Made by a program: the position numbers and the translations under genes
Assembly (NCBI GenBank): GCA_017454465.1
Contig: JAFTCY010000130.1
Coordinates: 1 to 45,904, forward strand
Length of the DNA: 45,904 nt
Source of the DNA: Clostridia bacterium
Lineage (GTDB): Bacteria; Bacillota; Clostridia; Oscillospirales; CAG-272
Direction of reading: 5' to 3'
Shown here: piece after piece, positions 24,901-31,816 of the stretch
Numbering within the stretch: the stretch's first letter is position 1
How the letters are laid out: each line of letters opens with the position of its first letter
Notes under the pieces: model-generated
Databases searched by the model: none
Told to the model about the DNA's origin: nothing
What the model saw: the letters and a program-made list of their open reading frames with translations, nothing else

Positions 24901-26460
24901 GAGTTTGTCGTCGACAGCAACACAATCGATTTTGACCTCAACGGCGGAGAGGGGACTGCTCCCGCTTCCCAGACCCTGGGATACGGCTCAACAGTGACCC
25001 GCCCCGAAGATCCCGTAAGGACAGGCTGGAAGTTCGCAGGCTGGTACGAAGGCGACCGGCTGTGGGACTTCACAAATGACAAAGTGACGGCATCCATAAC
25101 GCTGACAGCACACTGGACGCAAAAGAATCCCATTACTCCTGTCGTGAGCATCGAAGGATGGACGTACGGAGAGACGGCAAAGGCACCGGAACTTTCAGGC
25201 AATGACGGAAACGGATCGGTCACATGGGAATACAAGCTGAAGTCCGCCGACGACAGCGAATATTCAACGGACGTCCCGCAGAACGCAGGCGAATACACGG
25301 TGCGTGCAAAAGTAGCCGAGACCGCGGAATACGCCGCAGCCAGCGACACGGAAGACTTTGAGATCAGCAAAGCCGAGGTCCTGTCGCCGACGATCCCGTC
25401 AGCTACATATACCGGATCTCCCCAGACAGCTGAAGTCCCCGCAAGCCCGCTCTACACCGTCACATCCAACAGCGGCGGAACGGCAGCCGGCAACTACAGC
25501 GTGGTGCTCACGCTGACCGACCCCGCCAACTACAAGTGGGCGGACAGCAGTGAAGCCAATATCACACTGACATTCAGCGTCACGACCGCAGCGACATCCC
25601 CCGATGACATCACGGAGCCCGCGATCTCCGCGGTCACCTATGATCCTGACGGGAAACTGAGCGACATAGCTCTTCCTGCGGGATGGGAGTGGGCAGAACC
25701 CGACACGGTCCCCACAGCATCAGTCGACAGCTACAGAGCAGTATACGGTGTCGATGATACCAACTATGACTGGTCCGGAGTGCCGGGATATGATCCCGCC
25801 AACCACTGCATAGTAAGAGACATCCCGGTCACCATCAACAAGGCGGAAGTTCCGGTTCCCGCAGTTCCCAGCAAAGCGTTCACCGGAGAGCTTCTCACCG
25901 CTGACTTGGCGACCAGCAGTCTCTACACCGTTACATCCAACCCTGGCGGCACACAGCCCGGAGAATACAACGTCAACCTGAGGCTCGTGGATCCCGACAA
26001 CTACAAGTGGTCTGACGCGGACACCGACTGGGTCCAGCTGAAGTTCAGCATCATAGCATGGACCGGTCCTGTGTGGACCTGGAGCTCTGACAAGACGTCA
26101 GCAACAGCCAGGTTCACCAACTCAGCTGACAACGGCGGTGAGCAGACAGTGAACAGCACCATTTCCTCTGAGCCTAACGGAAGCGGAGGTACCAAGTACA
26201 CGGCCAAGATAACGTTCATGGGTACGGAATATACCGATATCAAGCAGACGTATCCCTACATGAAGGGAGATATCGATGTGAACGGCGTCATCAACCTTGA
26301 CGACGTGATCCTGCTCCTGAAGCATAATCTGTTCCCGGATCTGTATCCCATCGAGTACGCGGGTGATCCCGATCTCAGCGAAGACGGAAGCTTCGATATC
26401 GGCGACGTGGTACTGCTGCTGCAGCACTACCTGTTCCCGCAGTACTATCCGCTTGATTAA
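18994..26460 (+). CDS. giant secreted multi-domain protein with InlB-B repeats and a C-terminal dockerin (~2488 aa)
   Basis: GGAGG SD before ATG 18994; signal peptide; beta-rich core; Ig/FN3-like modules; GGTASGGGTY and FDLNGG...GWKFAGWY repeats; MBG-like modules; duplicated Ca-loop dockerin GDIDVNGVINLDD / DLSEDGSFDIGD. Confidence 0.85.
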   Translation: MKTTKRLLSFFLCLALLLPIIPIGVFSAFVPVYSLNDGYIKVDVSRENGGFLIATAEGNRLKKSDNNKNLLYHNGEYDTSFVSFRVGEGGSAKEYIFGGTYPTSTGVNVTQSGENIVATWGVDGITFTETLSLATENSDEHGMVSISLAYSGTSEPVKARVLLDTCLGNQDYANYQINGGTLVSTLQTEQTLTDPLAISAFYAVDDISDPAIVARMISTPYQVSIGHWNNLSSTLFNFAPNTTLNFTNTINEYLTADSACALYYEMNTASPVTLYYGVYSNAKVDISQSVAVNTVSPMRLNLSPDKKSFVKEDGMIGSADFAVRISAENFVSDTSVDYQNVILAISSTSGLRPLGENGEPVSGMEYDSIDPLTVPYIRFDQNTTIEKTVYFQAALQAEASYERITVAVYKNSQGGELIQQNLLGQKVIYILVPGADGNVPMVHFNSMSPSIVYSEGTRHLYAAAARADLFENALRSGKCEVFAVTEDGKKSFKLDTNTITFNEGVADLVLDDNVKLPVGKCRIELRWTDDAVSQNIVTKQFQTQTAEVLKFTVSDDPKYRNDSYGVLAAVKYGVFASTDDPVRYVLMAFKDEADFKNFSEKKAPYESETYKEIVLVFRGAFVGDKRYKVTNSTGAVIGYRYYTAVSKKTVNNETRETHVDNTITINNCLDFEGGTMSVYYEDYAKGEAFAKQSAILCEFDGDLYTSVERSSVWTGKAALTKLEQGKDFALITYDKNGNRTNKNSTADPVTLIWPNVYGYGQMLAGMIFKLAYGQFGVMKDGNKEIGRVIGFSASLSLSFMRSPEDNDIDEGTASYFGRMKELWTDWRGASIYQYAYHGSRFEKLTDLKMSDEDTSGDNDKGVKASVMVPDILFGCGEGFIGLNFTVEVAIKNMIEGLPSISGKLSINTINDWAFGLEGVMKLTSFKLEAKLSFKSKDNIPIPDEIYFFMGGFKPGINLDGAGVVWLTGAGGGVSNIYDTIFMTSGLPPLKLILAASFSIVQILDGMCKLELSLTGINFSATDIKILETITVLKSVTLGLQWYPKVKLQASIYVDMFEKTISGNGYIVLDQKDANKWVFEMFARARLCIPESVPLVGGMTLLGADIGIGTEKIWGALEVLKISLGITYFWGESGVHFGTGGDYAQPSYPSLLKLQGYDGRCEDIPIAYDEKEDRMLYAHIGTNFDPPEGAQILSDGELKLLAAGARGVWSTKEKTRHMFNLGTYDSENLSTMVQVNFPATSLDDAKATAQNFWVNSKDDNTGDALPLTYAQIVRAQRDDETDEAYEAEIAPIIAANADANANITYNGDTGLGTFGFTLTDASQFGKDWYISTGTSQADVVLYNVHALPQLTDLTIAQGTEGGEDVFNVTWTGINTDDLDKISFYLTETNNDPIEKGIPLDTLDYVSGNSDYFFIPADLPTGDYYLRAVYSKDEQINGVVWSSSTVHYTNPNSPADMGTPSVTHAGDYKYLVSVPASADANTKGYIVSIFNEDGTPTQFTDMLFDKAETGATTFEVGGVYTMTTHEDPEDPESAVTTVTVGLEEGKHYRISVTPYNSVHIDDSTPDMLLQGTGFSYTDTAGLPHAETPDVTLRKGSEVLKSVAEMAYDTGNVQNPDEIPTFTGSDLTFNAEFSEYVTGTWTLDGNKLWDSTNPDDAPDLPMGTFAGTSAEIALTGLTEGGHQLTITGKAADGDSFAAEYSFNVDTTAPRLLLNSPLSGSPFNSDGTVTIAGITDPGATIYVSINSAAAVSFAPVTDADDLFTHTVAIPVYNDASVHSLRIWAVDANGNSTEPAEIQVSHPGLGTMTDIVIKAGDAIPADGGIGTETGVSNMQLTLMAKTPDGTQFALDPDLVRWDAVPAEGNVSVTTSGVLNCDPFSRGFVQAKYEVSTGAYITSVLALGLEGNDVTVTYTTGGTASGGGTYAVGETVELTASPASGYRLTGWTLNGVTVSDTSLLTISFAMPDNAVTAHAEFVVDSNTIDFDLNGGEGTAPASQTLGYGSTVTRPEDPVRTGWKFAGWYEGDRLWDFTNDKVTASITLTAHWTQKNPITPVVSIEGWTYGETAKAPELSGNDGNGSVTWEYKLKSADDSEYSTDVPQNAGEYTVRAKVAETAEYAAASDTEDFEISKAEVLSPTIPSATYTGSPQTAEVPASPLYTVTSNSGGTAAGNYSVVLTLTDPANYKWADSSEANITLTFSVTTAATSPDDITEPAISAVTYDPDGKLSDIALPAGWEWAEPDTVPTASVDSYRAVYGVDDTNYDWSGVPGYDPANHCIVRDIPVTINKAEVPVPAVPSKAFTGELLTADLATSSLYTVTSNPGGTQPGEYNVNLRLVDPDNYKWSDADTDWVQLKFSIIAWTGPVWTWSSDKTSATARFTNSADNGGEQTVNSTISSEPNGSGGTKYTAKITFMGTEYTDIKQTYPYMKGDIDVNGVINLDDVILLLKHNLFPDLYPIEYAGDPDLSEDGSFDIGDVVLLLQHYLFPQYYPLD
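25369..26016 (+). repeat. two copies of a ~59-aa module (25369-25545 and 25840-26016)
   Basis: KAEV..P..PS...TG...TA....S.LYTVTSN.GGT..G.Y.V.L.L.DP.NYKW.D in both copies; DNA CTCTACACCGT(C/T)ACATCCAAC is shared. Confidence 0.8.
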
Positions 26461-26493
26461 GCGCACAAGATAAGCAACAAGGCCAAAGAAAGG

Positions 26494-26540
26494 ATACGGA
26501 GCATCCGGTTCATCTCCGGGTGCTCCGTATATCTTGTATT
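26494..26540 (+). terminator. 15-bp stem-loop between the giant gene and the protease (terminator or stabiliser)
   Basis: ATACGGAGCATCCGG-TTCATCT-CCGGGTGCTCCGTAT with only a weak U-tract. Confidence 0.6.
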
Positions 26541-26541
26541 T

Positions 26542-27951
26542 ATGAAGTATGGAATCAAAGCACTGATATCCGCCCTGCTGGTCCTCATCCTCTCAGTCCC
26601 GGCGCAGCCGGTCACCGCGGAGGATCCAGAGGAAACTGTAATGATAGGGTTTATCGACAGCGGAATATCAACGAGACACATTTCGCCCGATCATGTGGCT
26701 GAAGGCATCAACTACGTCTTCCCCGACAACGATACCCGCGACCGCATAGGCCACGGTACCGCGACTGCGGGCCTTGTACTGGGGTCGGAGGATCTGGGCA
26801 TAAAAGGCGTGTGTCCCGAAGCAGTCGCGCTTCCCCTCGTGGTAGTTGATCTCTATCCGTCGGGAGTGGTAAACAACGGCGGGACGGACGCTTTGGTAAA
26901 GGCCATATACGACGCCGTGGACCGGGGATGCCGCATCATAAACGCCAGCCTCTCCACCAATGAAGACACACGTGAACTGCGGGATGCCGTGGCTTACGCA
27001 GAATCGAACGGCGTTCTGATAGTTTCAGCCTCCGGCAATGACGGTGAAGGCGGCAGCTCCGGATATCCTGCGTCCTACGGCACCGTGATCTCGGTAGGCT
27101 CAGCCGACAGATCCCTTCCTGCGGAATTCTCCCAGAACGGGGCCGATGTGCTGGTCAACAGCATTGACCTGACCGCTCCGACTCACCGGGGCAGCTCCCA
27201 CCCCCAGACTGTTTCCGGCACGTCTTACGCCTGCGCCCTGGTATCGGGATTCTGCGCGAAGATCCTGACGCGATATCCCGGTCTCACCCCTTCCGCGGTA
27301 AGAAAAGCCGTATTCCGCCTGACAAATGACATACTTGAGCCCGGATTCGATGCCCGCAGCGGATGGGGAGTTCTGGCGGATAACTTTGAGGTCCCGTCCC
27401 CGTTCCCCGACATCAGGGACGGATGGGCCCGGGAAGGAATAACATATGTTTCGGAAAAAGGTCTGATGAGCGGAGCGGGAGACGGTCTGTTCGATCCGGG
27501 ATCCCCTGTGACCAGAGCCATGCTCGTCACCATACTGTGGCGCATGGAAGGATCTCCCTCCCCCGGCACATCCCCTGCGGAATCAACATTCGAAGATGTC
27601 GTTCCCGGCATGTGGTACAGCGAAGCCGTGAAATGGGCTGTTTCCGCAGGGCTTGTGAACGGATACAGCGCAAAGATATTCTGCCCTGACAAAAGCGTCA
27701 GCCGTGAAGAAGCAGCCGCGGTATTATACCGCTACGCGCAGATGAAAGGCGCGTCCGCCTCAGCTGACAGCCTGGCCGGTTACAGCGACCGGGGAGATAT
27801 CAGCTCATGGGCAGAAGCCGCTATGAACTGGGCAGTGTCCGTGGGTATACTCACCGGGACGGGCAAAAAGAAGCTTTCCCCGTCCGGGACCCTGACCAGA
27901 GCCCAGGGGGCGGCGGTCATAATGCGGCTGGACAGATATTCCGGCAGCTGA
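26542..27951 (+). CDS. S8 subtilisin-like serine protease with three C-terminal SLH domains
   Basis: Signal peptide; triad motifs IDSG, GHGT and SGTSYA; oxyanion ASGND; SLH repeats (FPDI..W, TRAMLVTILWR, SREEAAAVLYR, TRAQGAAVIMR). Confidence 0.9.
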   Translation: MKYGIKALISALLVLILSVPAQPVTAEDPEETVMIGFIDSGISTRHISPDHVAEGINYVFPDNDTRDRIGHGTATAGLVLGSEDLGIKGVCPEAVALPLVVVDLYPSGVVNNGGTDALVKAIYDAVDRGCRIINASLSTNEDTRELRDAVAYAESNGVLIVSASGNDGEGGSSGYPASYGTVISVGSADRSLPAEFSQNGADVLVNSIDLTAPTHRGSSHPQTVSGTSYACALVSGFCAKILTRYPGLTPSAVRKAVFRLTNDILEPGFDARSGWGVLADNFEVPSPFPDIRDGWAREGITYVSEKGLMSGAGDGLFDPGSPVTRAMLVTILWRMEGSPSPGTSPAESTFEDVVPGMWYSEAVKWAVSAGLVNGYSAKIFCPDKSVSREEAAAVLYRYAQMKGASASADSLAGYSDRGDISSWAEAAMNWAVSVGILTGTGKKKLSPSGTLTRAQGAAVIMRLDRYSGS

Positions 27952-27981
27952 AAAATGCAGGATGGCAGCGGAATAATGAGA

Positions 27982-28018
27982 CGGCACCTCTGTATCATGA
28001 GGTGCCGCAATGTTTTTT
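27982..28018 (+). terminator. intrinsic terminator ending the giant-protein module
   Basis: CGGCACCTC-TGTATCAT-GAGGTGCCG then CAATGTTTTTT. Confidence 0.6.
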
Positions 28019-28129
28019 GCCCGCCGGAACAGACGGGAGGCTTTTTCTGCCGCCGCTCCTCTGTCTTATTCCACAAAAGAAGATTCCCGCTTCCGATAAT
28101 ATATTATAATCCATGACAACAACCCGTTA

Positions 28130-28158
28130 TTGATTTTGACAGATTTTGCTGATATAAT
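28130..28158 (+). promoter_or_regulatory. sigma-A promoter for glyA
   Basis: TTGATT-17 nt-TATAAT with a TGn extension. Confidence 0.6.
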
Positions 28159-28212
28159 TTATATAGGAAAATTTGTATATCGCAACTGTTCATCAGCTGC
28201 CGGGGAGGCGTT

Positions 28213-29469
28213 ATGTCAAAAATCACAGTCAATGAAATGATAGAAGAACTGCGGACTGCAGATCCTGAGATAGGCGCTGTTATCGCAGACGAGCTTAACC
28301 GCCAGAAACGCGGCCTCGAACTCATTGCTTCCGAAAACGTAGTCTCAAAGCCGGTCCTTCTCGCAATGGGAAGCGTACTGACCAATAAATATGCCGAGGG
28401 TTACCCTTCAAAACGGTATTACGGCGGATGCGAAGTGGTCGACGTAGCGGAAAACATCGCCATTGAAAGAGCAAAAAAGCTTTTCGGAGCAGATCACGTG
28501 AATGTGCAGCCTCACAGCGGCGCCCAGGCAAATACCGCAGTCTATTTCGCACTGATCAATCCCGGAGACACCGTTATGGGAATGAATCTCGCCCACGGCG
28601 GCCACCTCACTCACGGCAGCCCCGTGAACATTTCAGGAAAATACTACAACTTTGTCCCCTATGGTGTTAACGATGACGGTTTCATCGACTATGACCTTTT
28701 CGAGAAAACGGTACGTGAAACCAGGCCCAGACTGATAGTTGCCGGGGCATCCGCTTATCCAAGGATAATAGATTTTGAAACGATGGGCAGAGTGGCCCAT
28801 GAGAACGGGGCTCTGTTCATGGTCGACATGGCTCATATCGCCGGTCTTGTGGCAGCAGGTCTCCATCCCTCACCCGTGCCTTATGCCGACATCGTGACCA
28901 CAACGACTCACAAGACCCTGAGAGGACCCAGGGGAGGCATGATCATGTGCCGCGAGGAATACGCAAAAGCCATAGACAAAGCCATCTTCCCGGGTACCCA
29001 GGGCGGCCCGCTGATGCACGTGATAGCCGCGAAAGCCGTAGCATTCGGAGAAGCGCTGAGACCGGAATTCAGAGAATACCAGAAAAACATCATCGATAAC
29101 GCGAAAGCCCTGGCTGACGGGCTGCTGAACGAAGGTTTCAACCTGGTCTCCGGGGGAACAGACAACCATCTGATGCTCTGCGACCTGCGTCCTTTCGACG
29201 TCACGGGAAAAGAATTCGAACACAGGCTCGATGAAGTATATATAACCGTAAACAAAAACGCCATCCCCAATGACCCCCAGTCGCCCTTCATCACCAGCGG
29301 GGTCAGGATAGGAACACCTGCAGTGACAAGCCGGGGCCTCAACACGGGTGACATGAAGACACTGGCGGGTCTCATCGGCATGGCCGCCCGGGATTTTGAA
29401 GGAAAAGCGGACAGCATCCGGGCTTCGGTCACCGAGATCTGCGAAAGGTATCCGCTGTACAGGGACTGA
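28213..29469 (+). CDS. glyA: serine hydroxymethyltransferase
   Basis: [28 protein letters not shown] and the PLP lysine in [14 protein letters not shown]. Confidence 0.98.
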   Translation: MSKITVNEMIEELRTADPEIGAVIADELNRQKRGLELIASENVVSKPVLLAMGSVLTNKYAEGYPSKRYYGGCEVVDVAENIAIERAKKLFGADHVNVQPHSGAQANTAVYFALINPGDTVMGMNLAHGGHLTHGSPVNISGKYYNFVPYGVNDDGFIDYDLFEKTVRETRPRLIVAGASAYPRIIDFETMGRVAHENGALFMVDMAHIAGLVAAGLHPSPVPYADIVTTTTHKTLRGPRGGMIMCREEYAKAIDKAIFPGTQGGPLMHVIAAKAVAFGEALRPEFREYQKNIIDNAKALADGLLNEGFNLVSGGTDNHLMLCDLRPFDVTGKEFEHRLDEVYITVNKNAIPNDPQSPFITSGVRIGTPAVTSRGLNTGDMKTLAGLIGMAARDFEGKADSIRASVTEICERYPLYRD

Positions 29470-29544
29470 TGGGTCACGCAAGGTACATAACACAGAGTAT
29501 AATCAAACCGAACGCACAGATAACAGACACAACGGGAGGAAGTC

Positions 29545-29820
29545 ATGATAAACAACAATAACAGAAACGGTTCCATGGATAAGACCATCACCTTTTCCAT
29601 CCGTGAAGATGAACGCGACCGCGAAAGGAAAATGCTTCTGAGAGCCGTGTACGACGCTCTGAGCGAAAAGGGATACAACCCTATAAACCAGCTTGTGGGA
29701 TACATTCTCACAGAGGATCCCACATATATTACGAACCATAACAATGCCCGCGGAATAATCCGCAGGATCGACCGTGATGATCTTATGGCAGCACTGCTTA
29801 AGGAGTATCTCCAGCTGTGA
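29545..29820 (+). CDS. ireB: IreB/ReoM (UPF0297, DUF965) regulatory phosphoprotein
   Basis: VYDALSEKGYNPINQLVGYILTEDPTYIT.HNNAR..I..IDRD. Confidence 0.92.
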   Translation: MINNNNRNGSMDKTITFSIREDERDRERKMLLRAVYDALSEKGYNPINQLVGYILTEDPTYITNHNNARGIIRRIDRDDLMAALLKEYLQL

Positions 29821-30872
29821 TGAAAAAGCCGGGCAGAATAATCCTTTCCGGGAGACTGCCTGCCGTAAGCAGGCTGGCTCTCGGCTCCCTCACCGTCTCC
29901 GCGCTGCAGGCCGGCCTGCCCGAAAAAGAGGCGAGCGAGATAATCGCATATGCCTTCAGCTGCGGTATCAACTTTATTGATACCGCACAGTATTATTCAA
30001 ATTACACTCTGATAAGAAACGCCCTGAAGCTCTGTCCCGACCCATGCGACATAGTCATCTCCACAAAAACGTACGCGTACTCAAGGGAACTGGCTGCAGA
30101 AGCCGTTGAAGAGGCAAGAAGGATGCTCGACAGAGACGTGATCGATATCTTTCTCCTTCACGAACAGGAGAGCTACGAGACTATGAAGGGGCACAGAGAG
30201 GCCTATGAATACCTGCTGGAGTGCCGGGAAAAAGGGATCATACGCGCAGTCGGGGCCTCAACTCATCACATTAGCCTTGTAAAAGGACTCGTACGGCTTA
30301 AGGCGGAGGGGATACCTGTTGACATATGCCATCCTCTGTACAATATGAGGGGGATCGGAATCGCAGACGGCGGTGAGGAAGAAATGGCCGCAGCGCTGAA
30401 GGAACTGCACTCCTCGGGAACAGGCATTTTTGCGATGAAAGCCCTTGCCGGAGGCCATCTCAGCGCATCTCCCGAGGAAGCCCTGGGGTTCGTGCTTTCA
30501 AAGCCGTATATAGACGCGGTCGCCGTCGGTATGCAGTCCAGGGAAGAAGTCGACGCGAATGTACGCTTCATAGTAAAAGGCAGCTTTTCGAAAACGGACA
30601 GAAAAAAACTTGCAGGAAAAAAACGGGCTCTCCATGTGGAGGAATTCTGCGAAGGATGCGGTGCCTGTGTAAGACGCTGTGCCTCCGGAGCCCTGAGCCT
30701 TGAGGAAGTTACCGGTGAAAAAGAAGATATCCACGGCGATTTTTCCTCTGATTTCGATATCACCACCCGCGCCGGCAAAAAAATCTTCCGGGCAAAAGCC
30801 GATGACTCCAAATGTGTCAGATGCGGGTACTGCACCAAGGTGTGCCCCGTTTTTGCACTTAAAATATACTGA
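29820..30872 (+). CDS. aldo/keto reductase with a C-terminal 2x[4Fe-4S] ferredoxin domain
   Basis: GINFIDTAQYY, ISTK, IDIFLLH, AMKALAGG; CEGCGACVRRC and CVRCGYCTKVCP; TGATG overlap with ireB. Confidence 0.88.
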   Translation: MKKPGRIILSGRLPAVSRLALGSLTVSALQAGLPEKEASEIIAYAFSCGINFIDTAQYYSNYTLIRNALKLCPDPCDIVISTKTYAYSRELAAEAVEEARRMLDRDVIDIFLLHEQESYETMKGHREAYEYLLECREKGIIRAVGASTHHISLVKGLVRLKAEGIPVDICHPLYNMRGIGIADGGEEEMAAALKELHSSGTGIFAMKALAGGHLSASPEEALGFVLSKPYIDAVAVGMQSREEVDANVRFIVKGSFSKTDRKKLAGKKRALHVEEFCEGCGACVRRCASGALSLEEVTGEKEDIHGDFSSDFDITTRAGKKIFRAKADDSKCVRCGYCTKVCPVFALKIY

Positions 30873-30886
30873 GATAGGAATTACCC

Positions 30887-31816
30887 ATGCAACATATAAT
30901 CCTCAACCCGGAAACCGCAGCAGGAGCAAATAAAAACGGCCCCGTGGTGGTACTGGGATATTTTGACGGAGTACATACCGCGCACCGTCATCTCATCGAC
31001 ATGGCGCTCGCAAAGGCTGCGGAAACAGGTTCACAGGTCCTTGTATGGACCTTTTCCCGGCTGTCAAAATCGGAAAAAGGATCCCTCACCACGAAAGAAG
31101 AAAGGATCTTCCTCTTCCGGAAATACGGAGCAGGCTCAGTCATTTTTGAAAACTTTGACGAACTGAAAGATCTGGACGGTGAGGCTTTTTTCAAAAGGCA
31201 CATAGCAGATATGCTGCAGCCGTCAGCGGTAGTATGCGGATTTAATTTCAGGTTCGGGAAAAATGCGGCCTGGGGAGCTGACGAACTCGTTTCCATGTCC
31301 CGGGAATGCTCCATACCCTGCCTCGTTGCGGAGGAGTTCGTCCTGGACGGAATCACCGTCTCTTCAACTGAAATAAAGAGACTTCTTTCCGCGGGAGACG
31401 CGGAGACCGCCAACAGAATGCTCGGATACGAATACTCGGTGACGTCAGAGATAAAGCACGGACAAATGATAGGCCGGAGCATTGGAGCGCCGACGGTGAA
31501 CCAGCTTATACCGGCTGCCAAGTTCCGTCCGTCGTACGGAGTATATGTAGTAAGGAACGAGTTTCCGGAAACAGGCGAGATCTACAACGGCATCGCAAAT
31601 CTCGGATACCGGCCCACGGTAAATTCCGACCGGAGGAGAGTCACGCTTGAATCCCACCTGTTCGGATATTCGGGAAACGCTTACGGGAACACCGTAAAAA
31701 CATCTTTCATAAAAAAACTCCGGGACGAGATCAGGTTCCCGGACAGAAACTCCCTTTCTGAACAGGTCAGAAAAGACGAAGAAACAGCCTTACAATACTT
31801 TAAGGATTACACATGA
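30887..31816 (+). CDS. ribF: bifunctional riboflavin kinase / FAD synthetase
   Basis: LGYFDGVH..H, CGFNFRFG, VSSTEI, GRSIGAPTVN, NLGYRPTV, ESHL and LRDEIRF. Confidence 0.93.
   Translation: MQHIILNPETAAGANKNGPVVVLGYFDGVHTAHRHLIDMALAKAAETGSQVLVWTFSRLSKSEKGSLTTKEERIFLFRKYGAGSVIFENFDELKDLDGEAFFKRHIADMLQPSAVVCGFNFRFGKNAAWGADELVSMSRECSIPCLVAEEFVLDGITVSSTEIKRLLSAGDAETANRMLGYEYSVTSEIKHGQMIGRSIGAPTVNQLIPAAKFRPSYGVYVVRNEFPETGEIYNGIANLGYRPTVNSDRRRVTLESHLFGYSGNAYGNTVKTSFIKKLRDEIRFPDRNSLSEQVRKDEETALQYFKDYT

Noticed and set aside
10608-26460. Giant proteins as RHS/YD toxins, cellulosomal scaffoldins or NRPS/PKS
   Set aside because: I saw no YD repeats or RHS core, no tandem cohesins or CBM3, and no adenylation or ketosynthase motifs; both proteins have Sec signal peptides.
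28020-28212. Possible ZMP/ZTP, THF or glycine riboswitch ahead of glyA
   Set aside because: The predicted 5' UTR is only ~50 nt and has no recognisable aptamer motif.
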